64,000 bases of DNA. Origin: a virus. The stretch spans positions 1 to 64,000 of IMG/VR virus record IMGVR_UViG_3300035199_001057. One strand, 5' to 3'. Position numbers and translations under genes: made by a program. Within the stretch, counting starts at the first letter, position 1, and the number at the start of each line of letters is the position of its first letter. Of this stretch, positions 54,520 through 63,999 are shown one piece after another. The notes below the pieces were generated by a model. That model saw nothing but the letters and a program-made list of their open reading frames with translations. It searched no databases and had not been told where the DNA came from.

Positions 54520-55230
54520 TTAACTCTGTTCCTTGCGCTTTTTTATACATTCTAATATGAGGTCCATGTCTTCCATTTGAAATGGACCGGAACAGCCATA
54601 CGGGCGGCGACAGTCCCAACGGGGAACGGGCACTCCTTTGCGATATATATTCGCAGCTTCAAAGACATTCTCGGGATGATCTGACGAAATAATGGTCGCC
54701 CCGTCCTTCATAGACTCTGCTATATTGGACAATTCAAAGTCCCAAGCCGAGAATCCCGGCTTCAAATATCTTTGAAAGTATTTCTTCCGCCAAATAGAGG
54801 GATGAAGCGTTGTGCGATAAGTGGCAGTCTGGTTAAGACATACTAGGCCCTCTTTATACGGGTCCGCGTTTCCATTTAAATGGGTATCCAAAACCGCCTT
54901 ATCGGCGCGTCCGTGCTTTATTTCCTCTTCCAAGAGAGCCATTCTTTCTAGATTTACGTAATTCATTAGCATCATATCCTCGACGGTTACAATGAAATAT
55001 TCGTCCTCTAAAGACTCAATAAAGGGGATGAGAGGGTCAGTCCACACAAGGCCGAAATCTTCCTGCTTGCCCAAAGAATGAAAAGTACAGTTAGAAGGCA
55101 AATCCGGCGCTGAGTCGGGGTCAAACCCTAAAAAAACAATCTCTTGGCCCGGCCAATGTTTGTTGAACAAATGGCTATAGGGCTCTAGCAAAAAAGCGTA
55201 TTGATTAGAGGTAGTTACCAAAACTTTCAT
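54520..55230 (-). CDS. Putative GT-A-fold glycosyltransferase
   Basis: LF.KHWP, W.D.L...YFIVTVED, SIWRK, PG.SAWDFE pattern seen in polysaccharide-locus proteins; TAATG overlap with gmd. Confidence 0.5.
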   Translation of the reverse strand: MKVLVTTSNQYAFLLEPYSHLFNKHWPGQEIVFLGFDPDSAPDLPSNCTFHSLGKQEDFGLVWTDPLIPFIESLEDEYFIVTVEDMMLMNYVNLERMALLEEEIKHGRADKAVLDTHLNGNADPYKEGLVCLNQTATYRTTLHPSIWRKKYFQRYLKPGFSAWDFELSNIAESMKDGATIISSDHPENVFEAANIYRKGVPVPRWDCRRPYGCSGPFQMEDMDLILECIKKRKEQS

Positions 55231-56195
55231 TATGAATTTTCCCAAATTTTAATGTCATTCAGGACCATTTTGCGTACCATCTCTTCAAAAGAAACTTTGG
55301 GCGCCCATCCTAGGGCTTTCTGAGCCTTGGCCGCACTGCCCACCAAAACATCTACCTCGGCCGGGCGCATGTGTCGCGGGTCTTGTTGAACATACTGTTG
55401 CCAATTTTCTATGCCAACGCAGTGAAAAGCCGCTTTTAGAAAATCTCTTACAGAGTGGGTTTCGCCGGTCGCGATCACATAATCATCCGGTTTAGGCTGC
55501 TGCAGCATCATCCACATCGCTTCGACGTAATCGGGCGCATAGCCCCAGTCGCGCTTCGCATCTACGTTTCCTAAAGAGATATGGTCTGCTATGCCTAAAT
55601 GAATTTTGGCGACCCCATCGGAAATCTTTCGCGTGACGAACTCTATACCGCGGCGCTCTGATTCATGGTTAAACAAAATTCCGCTGCAGGCGTAGACACC
55701 GTAAGACTCTCTATAATTTTTAGTTATCCAGTGGCCATAAACTTTAGCGACGCCATAAGGACTACGCGGGTAAAATCGAGTAGTTTCAGTCTGGGGCGTC
55801 TCCGTGACTTTTCCAAACATTTCGGAAGTTGAAGCCTGATAGAATCGAACTGGTTTATCGTAGGCGCGCACAGCTTCGAGCATTCGCAAGACACCTAATG
55901 CGTCAACGTCGCCAGTAGCTTCTGGGGAGTTCCAGCTTTCCCCTACAAAGGACATGGCGCCGAGATTATAAATTTCATCGGGTTGTGCCATTTGGATACA
56001 CCGCAATAAAGAGTTTTGGTCAGTCAAATCCCCGTTAATAAAGGTTATTTTCCCCTCTAGGTGCTTTGTATTAACTCTGTTTTTGGTGGAGGAGCGACGC
56101 TCCATACCATAAATCTTATAATCCTTGGTTAATAAAAAATCAGCCAAGTAGCTTCCGTCTTGGCCATTAACGCCTGTAATCAATGCTGTTTTCAA
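55230..56195 (-). CDS. gmd: GDP-mannose 4,6-dehydratase
   Basis: ALITGVNGQDGSYLA, QASTSEMFG, PRSPYGVAK, LFNHES, FVTRKI, RDWG; TTG start with GGAGG SD. Confidence 0.96.
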   Translation of the reverse strand: MKTALITGVNGQDGSYLADFLLTKDYKIYGMERRSSTKNRVNTKHLEGKITFINGDLTDQNSLLRCIQMAQPDEIYNLGAMSFVGESWNSPEATGDVDALGVLRMLEAVRAYDKPVRFYQASTSEMFGKVTETPQTETTRFYPRSPYGVAKVYGHWITKNYRESYGVYACSGILFNHESERRGIEFVTRKISDGVAKIHLGIADHISLGNVDAKRDWGYAPDYVEAMWMMLQQPKPDDYVIATGETHSVRDFLKAAFHCVGIENWQQYVQQDPRHMRPAEVDVLVGSAAKAQKALGWAPKVSFEEMVRKMVLNDIKIWENS

Positions 56196-56223
56196 GTTGC
56201 CTCCCCAGATGTTTTATAGACCA

Positions 56224-56925
56224 TTATCCGTATACTCTTTGATAGTCCAATTTAGCCTGGTCTAGTTTGTTGTCGATACCTTGGGCCTTGGCGTCTTCAA
56301 ACAAGCCGACGCCTGCGTAGTGTATAATATGGGAATCAAACCGGCTTGGCCCTCCATTCCAGTCTTGCGAAAACATGGTCATGTGATTAAATTTGTAGCC
56401 TAAGTCGTTGATCTCAAAGCCATTCTTTTTAATTAGATACCCTATATGTACATCATCGCTGCCCCAGTCAGTCCAATATTCCCCGTTGATTTTCGTATAA
56501 ATCTCTCGATGTTCTTTGGATGTAACGAAAACGCCAGTATTTATATATTCCCGATTCCAGCCAATAGCGCCAAATTTTTGCTGCGCAAGATAGATGCTCT
56601 GCAGGCGCGCATGCTGGCGAGGGCCTTTATCCTCGCAACACGTGCCAATTTCATCGGGGTCTACAACTTCAAAAAGATTAGGGCAGTTTGGCATAATCAA
56701 GGTATCCGTATCTATATGTAAAATTCTATCATATTCCTCATGAAGCTCATAATGCTTCATGATACGATAATGCCAGCGGCCGTCGCCAACATCGCAATCA
56801 GTAACATAATCAATCACCTGAAAATCGGCGCCAACTTTCGCGGCGTACTCTTTTAGGAGAGGATGAGTTAAGGCAACCCAATCGGGAATTCGATTGTCTG
56901 CGCGCGTAGTTATTAATAATTTCAT
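56224..56925 (-). CDS. GT-A glycosyltransferase (GT8/GT34-like)
   Basis: YDRILHIDTDTLI (DxD), YINTGVFV, IIHYAG. Confidence 0.78.
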   Translation of the reverse strand: MKLLITTRADNRIPDWVALTHPLLKEYAAKVGADFQVIDYVTDCDVGDGRWHYRIMKHYELHEEYDRILHIDTDTLIMPNCPNLFEVVDPDEIGTCCEDKGPRQHARLQSIYLAQQKFGAIGWNREYINTGVFVTSKEHREIYTKINGEYWTDWGSDDVHIGYLIKKNGFEINDLGYKFNHMTMFSQDWNGGPSRFDSHIIHYAGVGLFEDAKAQGIDNKLDQAKLDYQRVYG

Positions 56926-58361
56926 TTTTTAATCTTTTCTTGAGGAATACAAATATATTCTCCCCACTTGGTTAAAGAAGGTACGCGCTGGCCGAAATCA
57001 TTGTAAACATTATAGCCTAGCCTATCAAACGTTTCAAAATCAAAACCTCCATCTTCGGGCTTGACAAAACCGGGATAGCCTTCATATGATATATCCATTC
57101 CTGCATGGAAACCTATTTGCCATATAGGTCTTACGTTTTCAAGAATATTTTTCATTCCAAAAAGGGCTAAAGTTTCCATGCCCTCGATGTCCAACTTCAC
57201 AAAATCAGGAGGTTTTATATTGTTTTCTTTTACATAATCATCAAAAACAACATATGAAATTTTTCTGGCCACGGGATCATCATCAGTACAATCATTAAAT
57301 TTAGTCGTTACTACTTTTTTCTCGTTATTCAAAGCACATAAATATAATTCAATATTATACGGTTCACAGTTTTTCTTGGCCCGGTCGAAATTATCCGGAA
57401 AACCCTCAAAAGCAGATACTTCCATTCCTTCTAAGGCCATCGTGATGCCAAAAGTTCCAATATAAGCGCCGATATCGTACACAACGCTTCCGGGTTTAAT
57501 TAACCTTAGTATTTTATCAAAATTGTGATCGGCTCTTCTATATAAATTTCCTTGAAGAATATATCTATCAATGTTATTGCCGGATGCAAAAAGATCATAA
57601 AATTTAATGTCATGACCCTTATAGTTAACTGTCGCATCCTTTTTTTGAATTGAAGGAAGAGTGGCGTGGTTATATCCAAAAAACTCTGAATAGGGTCTTA
57701 GGTCTTCGAAAAGCGCGGCTACATCCACTTTACATTTGCGCCAGTCGGCAAAAAACTCATCATAAATTTGATATTTTCGTTTATATAAACCTACTTGGCT
57801 TTTATCAAGCGTCTTATAGCGCCACCCCTTTTGAACAGTGCGATATCTTCCTATAAAATTATTCATATTTTCGTTGTAAGGTATTTCACAAAATTGGCAC
57901 ACCTCTTTAACTGTGTCATGAAATTCTAGGATTATATCCTCCATTTTAATTAACTTTATTCTTTCCGGATAATTTTCCGTAATATGGACATAAACTTGTT
58001 TCATCCACTCAATATCTTCTAAGCAGCCCTGGTGTGTGGCGTCGTCTGCTAATCCGTAAGATGGGCCTTCATGGCCGGGTTGACCGCGGTAGATTTTAGA
58101 CAAAGCCATATCTCTAGGGTCTCGTATTGTCCACAAGATTTTCATTTTCGGATTGTTGTCTAAAAAGGCACTAACCTGTTCTACATTATCGATATATACT
58201 GTATCACACTTGCTTAAATAATTCTCATAAACCAATTGACCTCTACGTACCACTTGTTTATCTTCAGCCATAGGAGTAGCTTCAAGTTCCGGAGAGCCAC
58301 GTAAAATTTCTAATAACATATTGGTGCCAGTTCGGCCACAACTTAAAACTAAAACACTCAT
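56922..58361 (-). CDS. Sulfotransferase - FkbM methyltransferase fusion
   Basis: N-half SCGRTGTNML (5'-PSB loop) and IRDPRD..LS (3'-PB); C-half YDIGAYIG, AFEG, VKLDIEGME. Confidence 0.8.
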   Translation of the reverse strand: MSVLVLSCGRTGTNMLLEILRGSPELEATPMAEDKQVVRRGQLVYENYLSKCDTVYIDNVEQVSAFLDNNPKMKILWTIRDPRDMALSKIYRGQPGHEGPSYGLADDATHQGCLEDIEWMKQVYVHITENYPERIKLIKMEDIILEFHDTVKEVCQFCEIPYNENMNNFIGRYRTVQKGWRYKTLDKSQVGLYKRKYQIYDEFFADWRKCKVDVAALFEDLRPYSEFFGYNHATLPSIQKKDATVNYKGHDIKFYDLFASGNNIDRYILQGNLYRRADHNFDKILRLIKPGSVVYDIGAYIGTFGITMALEGMEVSAFEGFPDNFDRAKKNCEPYNIELYLCALNNEKKVVTTKFNDCTDDDPVARKISYVVFDDYVKENNIKPPDFVKLDIEGMETLALFGMKNILENVRPIWQIGFHAGMDISYEGYPGFVKPEDGGFDFETFDRLGYNVYNDFGQRVPSLTKWGEYICIPQEKIKK

Positions 58362-58363
58362 TT

Positions 58364-59086
58364 TTAATCCCCCTTATACACTGCCCAATTCGTCTCATGA
58401 TACGAACCCATGGTACCCGCATCAGACCACTTACCCTCTAATATATCAAATGAACAAATGTCCTCTCCGATGAAAAAATTGTTTACAGTAGAGATTTCAT
58501 ATTCGCCACGATCGGAGCGCTTTATTTTATCGATAACATCAAACACTTTATTACTGTAAAAATATATGCCTATACATGCTAAATTTGTTTGCGGCTTAAG
58601 TGGCTTTTCGTCAACACGAATTAGTCTATCTTTTTTAAACACTCCTACTCCATATCTACGCGGGTCCGCAACGCGTTTAAAAAATAATCTACATTCTTCA
58701 TTACTAATTTTAAAGCTTGTTACATAAGATTTTAAACTATCTTTAAAGATATTATCACCCAAAATTACTGCACACGTGTCATCACCAACAAAATCTCTAC
58801 AAAGTTGTAATGCGCCAGCAATCCCATCAGGTTCATCTTGTACTCTATAAGTAAAGGAGCATCCATATTCTTTGCCGCTGCCGAGGAGAGTCATGATATT
58901 TCCGCAATGTTCTACTCCAGTGATTATCATTATATCTTCAATTCCAGCTTCAACAAGCTTGCGTATTGGATGGTTAATCATAGGCTCTCCACCTAAAGGT
59001 AGAAGATGCTTGTTTGTTACCTTTGTAAGAGGATACAATCTGGTACCCTTCCCTCCAGCTAAAATAATTCCTTTAATTTTTCTCAT
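58364..59086 (-). CDS. rmlA: Glucose-1-phosphate thymidylyltransferase, short form
   Basis: GIILAGGKGTRLYPLT..KHLLP, QDEPDGIA.A, LGDNIF, EKP, RGEYEI, W.DAGT. Confidence 0.88.
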   Translation of the reverse strand: MRKIKGIILAGGKGTRLYPLTKVTNKHLLPLGGEPMINHPIRKLVEAGIEDIMIITGVEHCGNIMTLLGSGKEYGCSFTYRVQDEPDGIAGALQLCRDFVGDDTCAVILGDNIFKDSLKSYVTSFKISNEECRLFFKRVADPRRYGVGVFKKDRLIRVDEKPLKPQTNLACIGIYFYSNKVFDVIDKIKRSDRGEYEISTVNNFFIGEDICSFDILEGKWSDAGTMGSYHETNWAVYKGD

Positions 59087-60026
59087 AATACCATTCTATT
59101 GTTTTTTTAATCCCCTCGGAAAAAGTACTTTTAGGCTCCCATGCTAGCTCTAATAAAATTTTTGTATTATCAATAGCATATCTAAAATCATGCCCCAGGC
59201 GATCTGTGACATACTCAATATATTCATCCGGATGGACATCCATTAGGCCGCATATGGTTGTTATTACATCAATATTTCTTTTTTCGCAATTCGAACCAAT
59301 ACAATAAGTTTCTCCTAAATTTCCATTAATAAAGACATCCCACACACCTTCACAGTGATCTTTTACATAAATCCAATCTCTTACATTTACACCTTTACCA
59401 TAAAGAGGGATCTTCTCTTTGCTTAAAATGGAACTTATAACAGTGGGGATAAATTTTTCTTTGTGCTGCCGCGGCCCATAGTTATTAGAGCAATTGGAAA
59501 TCGTAATAGGCAGCTTAAATGTATGAAAATATGATTTAACGAGAAAATCAGAAGAAGCTTTAGAGGCTGAGTAGGGATTATGTGGGTTATATGGAGTTGT
59601 TTCGCTAAATTTGCCCGTTGGTCCCAGATCTCCATATACCTCATCCGTGGAAACATGATGAAATCTAATCACATCAGAAGCACGTGCGACCTTAAGCAGG
59701 TTGAACGTTCCTACAATATTGCTTTGTATAAAAACATCAGGATCTGTAATTGAATTATCTACATGACTCTCTGCCGCTAAATGAACCACATGAGTTATCT
59801 TGTGTCTTGTAAAAACATCAGCTAACTCGTCTAAAGAACATAAATTTACTTTTTCAAAAAAATATTTCTCATCATTCGAAAAGTCTTCTGTATTCTTAAG
59901 GTTGCCGGCATAAGTAAGGGCATCTAAATTTACTACTCTAGACACAGCGTTTCTTTTGGTTTGCAATACCATTTCTATAAAATTCGAACCAATAAACCCG
60001 GATCCGCCTGTTACCAATAAGTTCAA
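59073..60026 (-). CDS. rmlB: dTDP-glucose 4,6-dehydratase
   Basis: TGGSGFIG, DALTYAGN, AAESHVD, STDEVYG, YSASK, NNYGP, DRLGHDFRY; TTG start with GAGG SD. Confidence 0.95.
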   Translation of the reverse strand: MNLLVTGGSGFIGSNFIEMVLQTKRNAVSRVVNLDALTYAGNLKNTEDFSNDEKYFFEKVNLCSLDELADVFTRHKITHVVHLAAESHVDNSITDPDVFIQSNIVGTFNLLKVARASDVIRFHHVSTDEVYGDLGPTGKFSETTPYNPHNPYSASKASSDFLVKSYFHTFKLPITISNCSNNYGPRQHKEKFIPTVISSILSKEKIPLYGKGVNVRDWIYVKDHCEGVWDVFINGNLGETYCIGSNCEKRNIDVITTICGLMDVHPDEYIEYVTDRLGHDFRYAIDNTKILLELAWEPKSTFSEGIKKTIEWYYEKN

Positions 60027-60080
60027 TATAACCTCGCCTTACAGTTTTTTATAATACTTTATATTGCTTAAATCTTTAAA

Positions 60081-61016
60081 TTAATTTTTGAGCTTTTCAA
60101 TAAAAGCAATTCTTTCTAGAACATCAGAACCATATGATATTTTTTTATCAATGCGTTCAGAAAACACGTTTAACATGTTAACAAAATGATCTTCTTTCGC
60201 CGTCGGGTGCTTTACACAATTTCCATTAGACCAGACTTCAATAGGTAGTTCACATTGAGAAGGGCGCGTAAATACTCTACTTGCCTTTAAAATGCCCTTG
60301 GTGCCCCACGCTATTATTTCATTACGATACGCATGCCCCAAGCCATAAGAAATATTTGCTATTGAGTTGGGGTACTTAAATTGTATATATCCTCTTTCGT
60401 CCACGCCGGTTCTTTCATCATAAAAATTACAATGTGATATATCAAGGTGGCTAGTTCCCAAAATTGAGAATACAAAACTAAGTGGATATATCAAACAGTC
60501 CAACATTGCGCCGCCGCCTAATTCTTTAAAATAGCGAATATTTTTTTTATCATCAAAATGCGGAAAACCAAAATGAGCTTCAAGACATTTTATTTTTCCA
60601 ACATGTGTTGATAAGGTTTTTATTTGTTTTTGTATTGGATGGAACTCGTACATTAGCGCCTCCATACAACATAATTTCTTTTCTAGCGCTAGTTGAAAAA
60701 GCTCATTAGCTTGAGAGTGAGTTTCCGTAAAGGTTTTTTCCATCAAAAGGTGCTTTCCCGATTCAAGTACTTTCTTGCCCCACTCATAATGCAGCCCTAC
60801 CGGTAAAGAAACATATATAGCCTCTACATCGCTACTTAACAACTCTTCATAAGAAAAAGCTGCCGTGTAATTTTCTTGCGCTTGTGCGGTTGCCTTTGTG
60901 GCGTCTCTCGAAGCTATGCCAGAAAGTACAAAACTATTACATTCTTTAATAGCCGGAATTACAGATCTTTTAGCAATTGAGGAACACCCCAGTATACCAA
61001 TTTTTTTGTTTTGCAT
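60081..61016 (-). CDS. Gfo/Idh/MocA oxidoreductase, probable NDP-hexose 3-ketoreductase
   Basis: GCSSIAKR..IPA, ASRD, LP.GLH.EW, GKHLLMEK, IRY..ELGGGA.LD..YP; adjacent to the 2,3-dehydratase as in KijD10/SpnN/OleW loci. Confidence 0.8.
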   Translation of the reverse strand: MQNKKIGILGCSSIAKRSVIPAIKECNSFVLSGIASRDATKATAQAQENYTAAFSYEELLSSDVEAIYVSLPVGLHYEWGKKVLESGKHLLMEKTFTETHSQANELFQLALEKKLCCMEALMYEFHPIQKQIKTLSTHVGKIKCLEAHFGFPHFDDKKNIRYFKELGGGAMLDCLIYPLSFVFSILGTSHLDISHCNFYDERTGVDERGYIQFKYPNSIANISYGLGHAYRNEIIAWGTKGILKASRVFTRPSQCELPIEVWSNGNCVKHPTAKEDHFVNMLNVFSERIDKKISYGSDVLERIAFIEKLKN

Positions 61017-61017
61017 T

Positions 61018-62421
61018 CTAAGCTTCTTTATAATACGACGCCAAAGTTAACAAAGTTCGTGATTCTATGTTAACACTACATTCGTAAGAAGTCATTTTTT
61101 TTAATTGGTAGAGGGTAATCCATTTATGCCGATCAGACACGCTAACACTAGAATCTTTATCCAATTTTATGAGCATATATCGATTCTTTTGCTCCATAAA
61201 ACGGCCGCCCTCTTCTGATTGAAAGCAGTCATAAAAGAGGTGACTTTTTTCATCTTTAACCCCAAATTTGCTCAACTCCTTTTTCAAGGAAAATGTGTTG
61301 GAATCCAATGAATGAAAAGATGGGCCCAATTCAGCCCCATTCCAACTAAAATCTTCTTCAACTAGTTGAACAAGGACATGAAGAACATTGTTGAACTCTT
61401 TCAATAAAAAACCATACACTTTTGGTATGTTATCTCTAACTATTGGCTGACACCATGAAGATACTTCACGTGAACCAATAGAAGCTTTAACACCTACAAG
61501 CTCAAAATTTTTGTTTTCCTCGTGACATAGGCTTTGATCGGACATTTTCCAACCATGCTTGTATAATTTCGCCAGTGGTACCAGTTTGTGTTCAATTCGC
61601 TTATTATCTTTTGCTGCTAGCAGCCATTCCCGAATGAAGCTAAGTGAATGTAGCGCATCGTGATCTGAGAGAGAAGAAAATAAAAGCTGTAATTCTAAAG
61701 AGGTAAACTTAGTCCTAATGCCTTGAGCGCCCTCGATTAACTCATCGCGCGAAATTGATCTGTCAAAAAAATCAATTGTTGCCAACACAGAACGCGTGTC
61801 CATATTAATACAATGTTCTTTGGATAGCATGTGTCTGATATCATTTAAGGTTAACCAAGCAAACTTGTTGTCTATTATAGTTATCTCATCATCACTGGCG
61901 TGTACATTATCATTGGCCTTTTTATAAAACTTATACCCGTGCTCCGACTGATATCCTCGTGATTTTATTTTTGGAGAGCCGTCTAAAAAGCTTTCGATAT
62001 AAGCTACGCTTTTTCCCTTATGTGCTCCAGTATAATTGCTTTTAGTGGCTTGAACGGTTGGGGAATACTGAACGCTATCTAAATTACCGGGTTCGATTTT
62101 CGCCTGTAAAAGAAGCTCTATCTGCCCCTCATTAATGCGCGAAACAATTCCTAGTATTCCTTGTTCTGGTTGATCGATTACTGGTTGATATCGCGTAATC
62201 CCTAATTCTTTATCAACAGCTCTTGCCCCTCGGATGCTAAAAAACTTTCCACTTTGGTGTGAAATAGCCTCATTGGGGAAATAATTCCATTTTTCCATTT
62301 CATCAAAATCGATTCTTAAAATGTTAACCTGCAGGGAGCGCCGGTAACGTTCTAAAGCAGAAAATAAGTTGTCTTCATTCACATCACTCAAATAACTTTT
62401 TAAAAATTGATCAAAGATCAA
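61018..62421 (-). CDS. NDP-hexose 2,3-dehydratase (EvaA/EryBVI/TylX3 family)
   Basis: HQSGKFF, QP.I.QPE.GILG, QAK.EPGN, SPTVQAT.SNY, NMDTRSVL, REV..W.QP, QSEEGGRF. Confidence 0.93.
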   Translation of the reverse strand: MIFDQFLKSYLSDVNEDNLFSALERYRRSLQVNILRIDFDEMEKWNYFPNEAISHQSGKFFSIRGARAVDKELGITRYQPVIDQPEQGILGIVSRINEGQIELLLQAKIEPGNLDSVQYSPTVQATKSNYTGAHKGKSVAYIESFLDGSPKIKSRGYQSEHGYKFYKKANDNVHASDDEITIIDNKFAWLTLNDIRHMLSKEHCINMDTRSVLATIDFFDRSISRDELIEGAQGIRTKFTSLELQLLFSSLSDHDALHSLSFIREWLLAAKDNKRIEHKLVPLAKLYKHGWKMSDQSLCHEENKNFELVGVKASIGSREVSSWCQPIVRDNIPKVYGFLLKEFNNVLHVLVQLVEEDFSWNGAELGPSFHSLDSNTFSLKKELSKFGVKDEKSHLFYDCFQSEEGGRFMEQKNRYMLIKLDKDSSVSVSDRHKWITLYQLKKMTSYECSVNIESRTLLTLASYYKEA

Positions 62422-62425
62422 AATT

Positions 62426-63772
62426 TTATTCTCCGGCGCTTTGAATTGATTTTATATTGGCACCAATTGGAGTAGACGTCGATTGTTTCTCTAGCTCTCT
62501 CATATCTCCAAAACCACCGACCTGTGAAGAATCTTCCTGCCGCTCACACAGAAGTAAATCATATTTAGTTTTAAAATAAGCCTGTTGCGATTTCAGTTCA
62601 ATATTGGTGAAATGCTCCGTATACCAAAAGTTGTTGGAGTACTCGTCCGCAAGCTCCCAGTCCACATCTTTGTGGGCCACTGGGTCGTAAAAATTAGTTC
62701 CCGGATAAGGGCACAAAATGGTGAACCCTACGACATCCGGCTTAATTTCATCGATAAGTTGCTCTGTTAACAGGAGATCTTCGCGAGTCTCGTTGGGCAT
62801 TCCAAATAGGAAAAAGCCGCGGCGCTCGACACCATATTTTTTGGCCCATTCAAAAACATTACGTATAGTTTTAGTTTTAAGACCTTTGCCGATTTGCTTT
62901 AATATTCTATCGCTTCCACTTTCGCATCCAATGTTCACCTGATGACACTGAGATTTTTTAAGCCACTTGAACATCTCCTCGCTGGCGAAGCTCGCGTGAA
63001 TCAAGCACTCCCATTCTGTGGTGATTCCTCTTTTGATCTTCTCCTTACAAAACTCGATTACAAAGTTAGCAGAAATATCGAAAGTGGCGTCAACAAATTT
63101 AAAATAATTCAAGTCCAATTGCTCGATTACGTGTTCGATTTCATCGCACATTTCACTGACATCTCGTGACCTAATAGGATTGTTCCTCTTGTGAAATCGA
63201 CCCGAGATAATTCTTTCCGCGCAAAAAGCGCAATTGACCGGGCAAACTCGGTTACATTGAAAAGATGCGATCCGCTTGCCATTCATTGACTCACACAGAT
63301 CTACTGTGCGGTGGTTTTTAATGACTTCTCGATCAGGCCATGGCAATTCTTGCATTGGGGGTTTTGTTCCCGGGATAATGGGATCCGTGAAATTTCCACT
63401 TACGAGTTGAAAGAAAGATTCTTCGCCTTCACCTAGTATAACATGGTCAATAGCGTCATGAGAAATACACTCTTCTGGAAGCGCCGTGGGGTGATAACCT
63501 CCAACCACTGTGCGTGTTTGGGGGCTTTTTTCCTTGATCATTTGCGCCAGACGCAATGCGTGAGGCCATGCGGGAGAGGTACATGAAAATCCAACAACGT
63601 GAGCGTCCGCGCATGCTTCAATAATAGTTTCGTCCGTATCAAAATTACCTTGATAACACTGGAGGTCGAGATCTCCCACATAATGTTTTTTAAGATAAGA
63701 GGCTATAAAGCCTAGGCCAATTGGCTCCCATATATTCTCATAATAAGGTTGTACTAATATTACTTTTTTCAT
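62426..63772 (-). CDS. B12-binding-domain radical SAM enzyme
   Basis: PIGL..IASYL, VVGFS, GG.HPT..P, GEGE, CPVNCAFC (CxxxCxxC), G.ESGS, PYPGT. Confidence 0.9.
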   Translation of the reverse strand: MKKVILVQPYYENIWEPIGLGFIASYLKKHYVGDLDLQCYQGNFDTDETIIEACADAHVVGFSCTSPAWPHALRLAQMIKEKSPQTRTVVGGYHPTALPEECISHDAIDHVILGEGEESFFQLVSGNFTDPIIPGTKPPMQELPWPDREVIKNHRTVDLCESMNGKRIASFQCNRVCPVNCAFCAERIISGRFHKRNNPIRSRDVSEMCDEIEHVIEQLDLNYFKFVDATFDISANFVIEFCKEKIKRGITTEWECLIHASFASEEMFKWLKKSQCHQVNIGCESGSDRILKQIGKGLKTKTIRNVFEWAKKYGVERRGFFLFGMPNETREDLLLTEQLIDEIKPDVVGFTILCPYPGTNFYDPVAHKDVDWELADEYSNNFWYTEHFTNIELKSQQAYFKTKYDLLLCERQEDSSQVGGFGDMRELEKQSTSTPIGANIKSIQSAGE

Positions 63773-63999
63773 CTGTTTGCCTCGGTATACACTTTATACT
63801 TAGAGAGATCTTGATATTCTATAGCCAAATCTTCATTATCGTCTTTTATGCCCAGCATCAATGTGGCGCCCTTTGCTGCTATCTCAGGAAGCATATAATA
63901 ATTCCAACCAAGCATGTCAAATTTTTCTTCTAAATGGCCGAGACCTTCGCGGCGGCCAAAATATGAGGCTCTTATGAACCATTCATAAGCATCCTTATT
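63769..63999 (-). CDS. Partial (cut by window edge) DegT/DnrJ/EryC1/StrS-like PLP enzyme
   Basis: Not in the ORF track; my translation is NKDAYEWFIRASYFGRREGLGHLEEKFDMLGWNYYMLPEIAAKG...EANR*, which matches the DegT R..G..G.NY.M.E..AA.G segment; ATGA overlap with the radical SAM gene. Confidence 0.55.
   Translation of the reverse strand, partial: NKDAYEWFIRASYFGRREGLGHLEEKFDMLGWNYYMLPEIAAKGATLMLGIKDDNEDLAIEYQDLSKYKVYTEANR

Noticed and set aside
3746-63933. Numerous plus-strand ORFs of 60-187 aa
   Set aside because: All are antisense shadows of well-supported minus-strand genes, with no recognisable motifs
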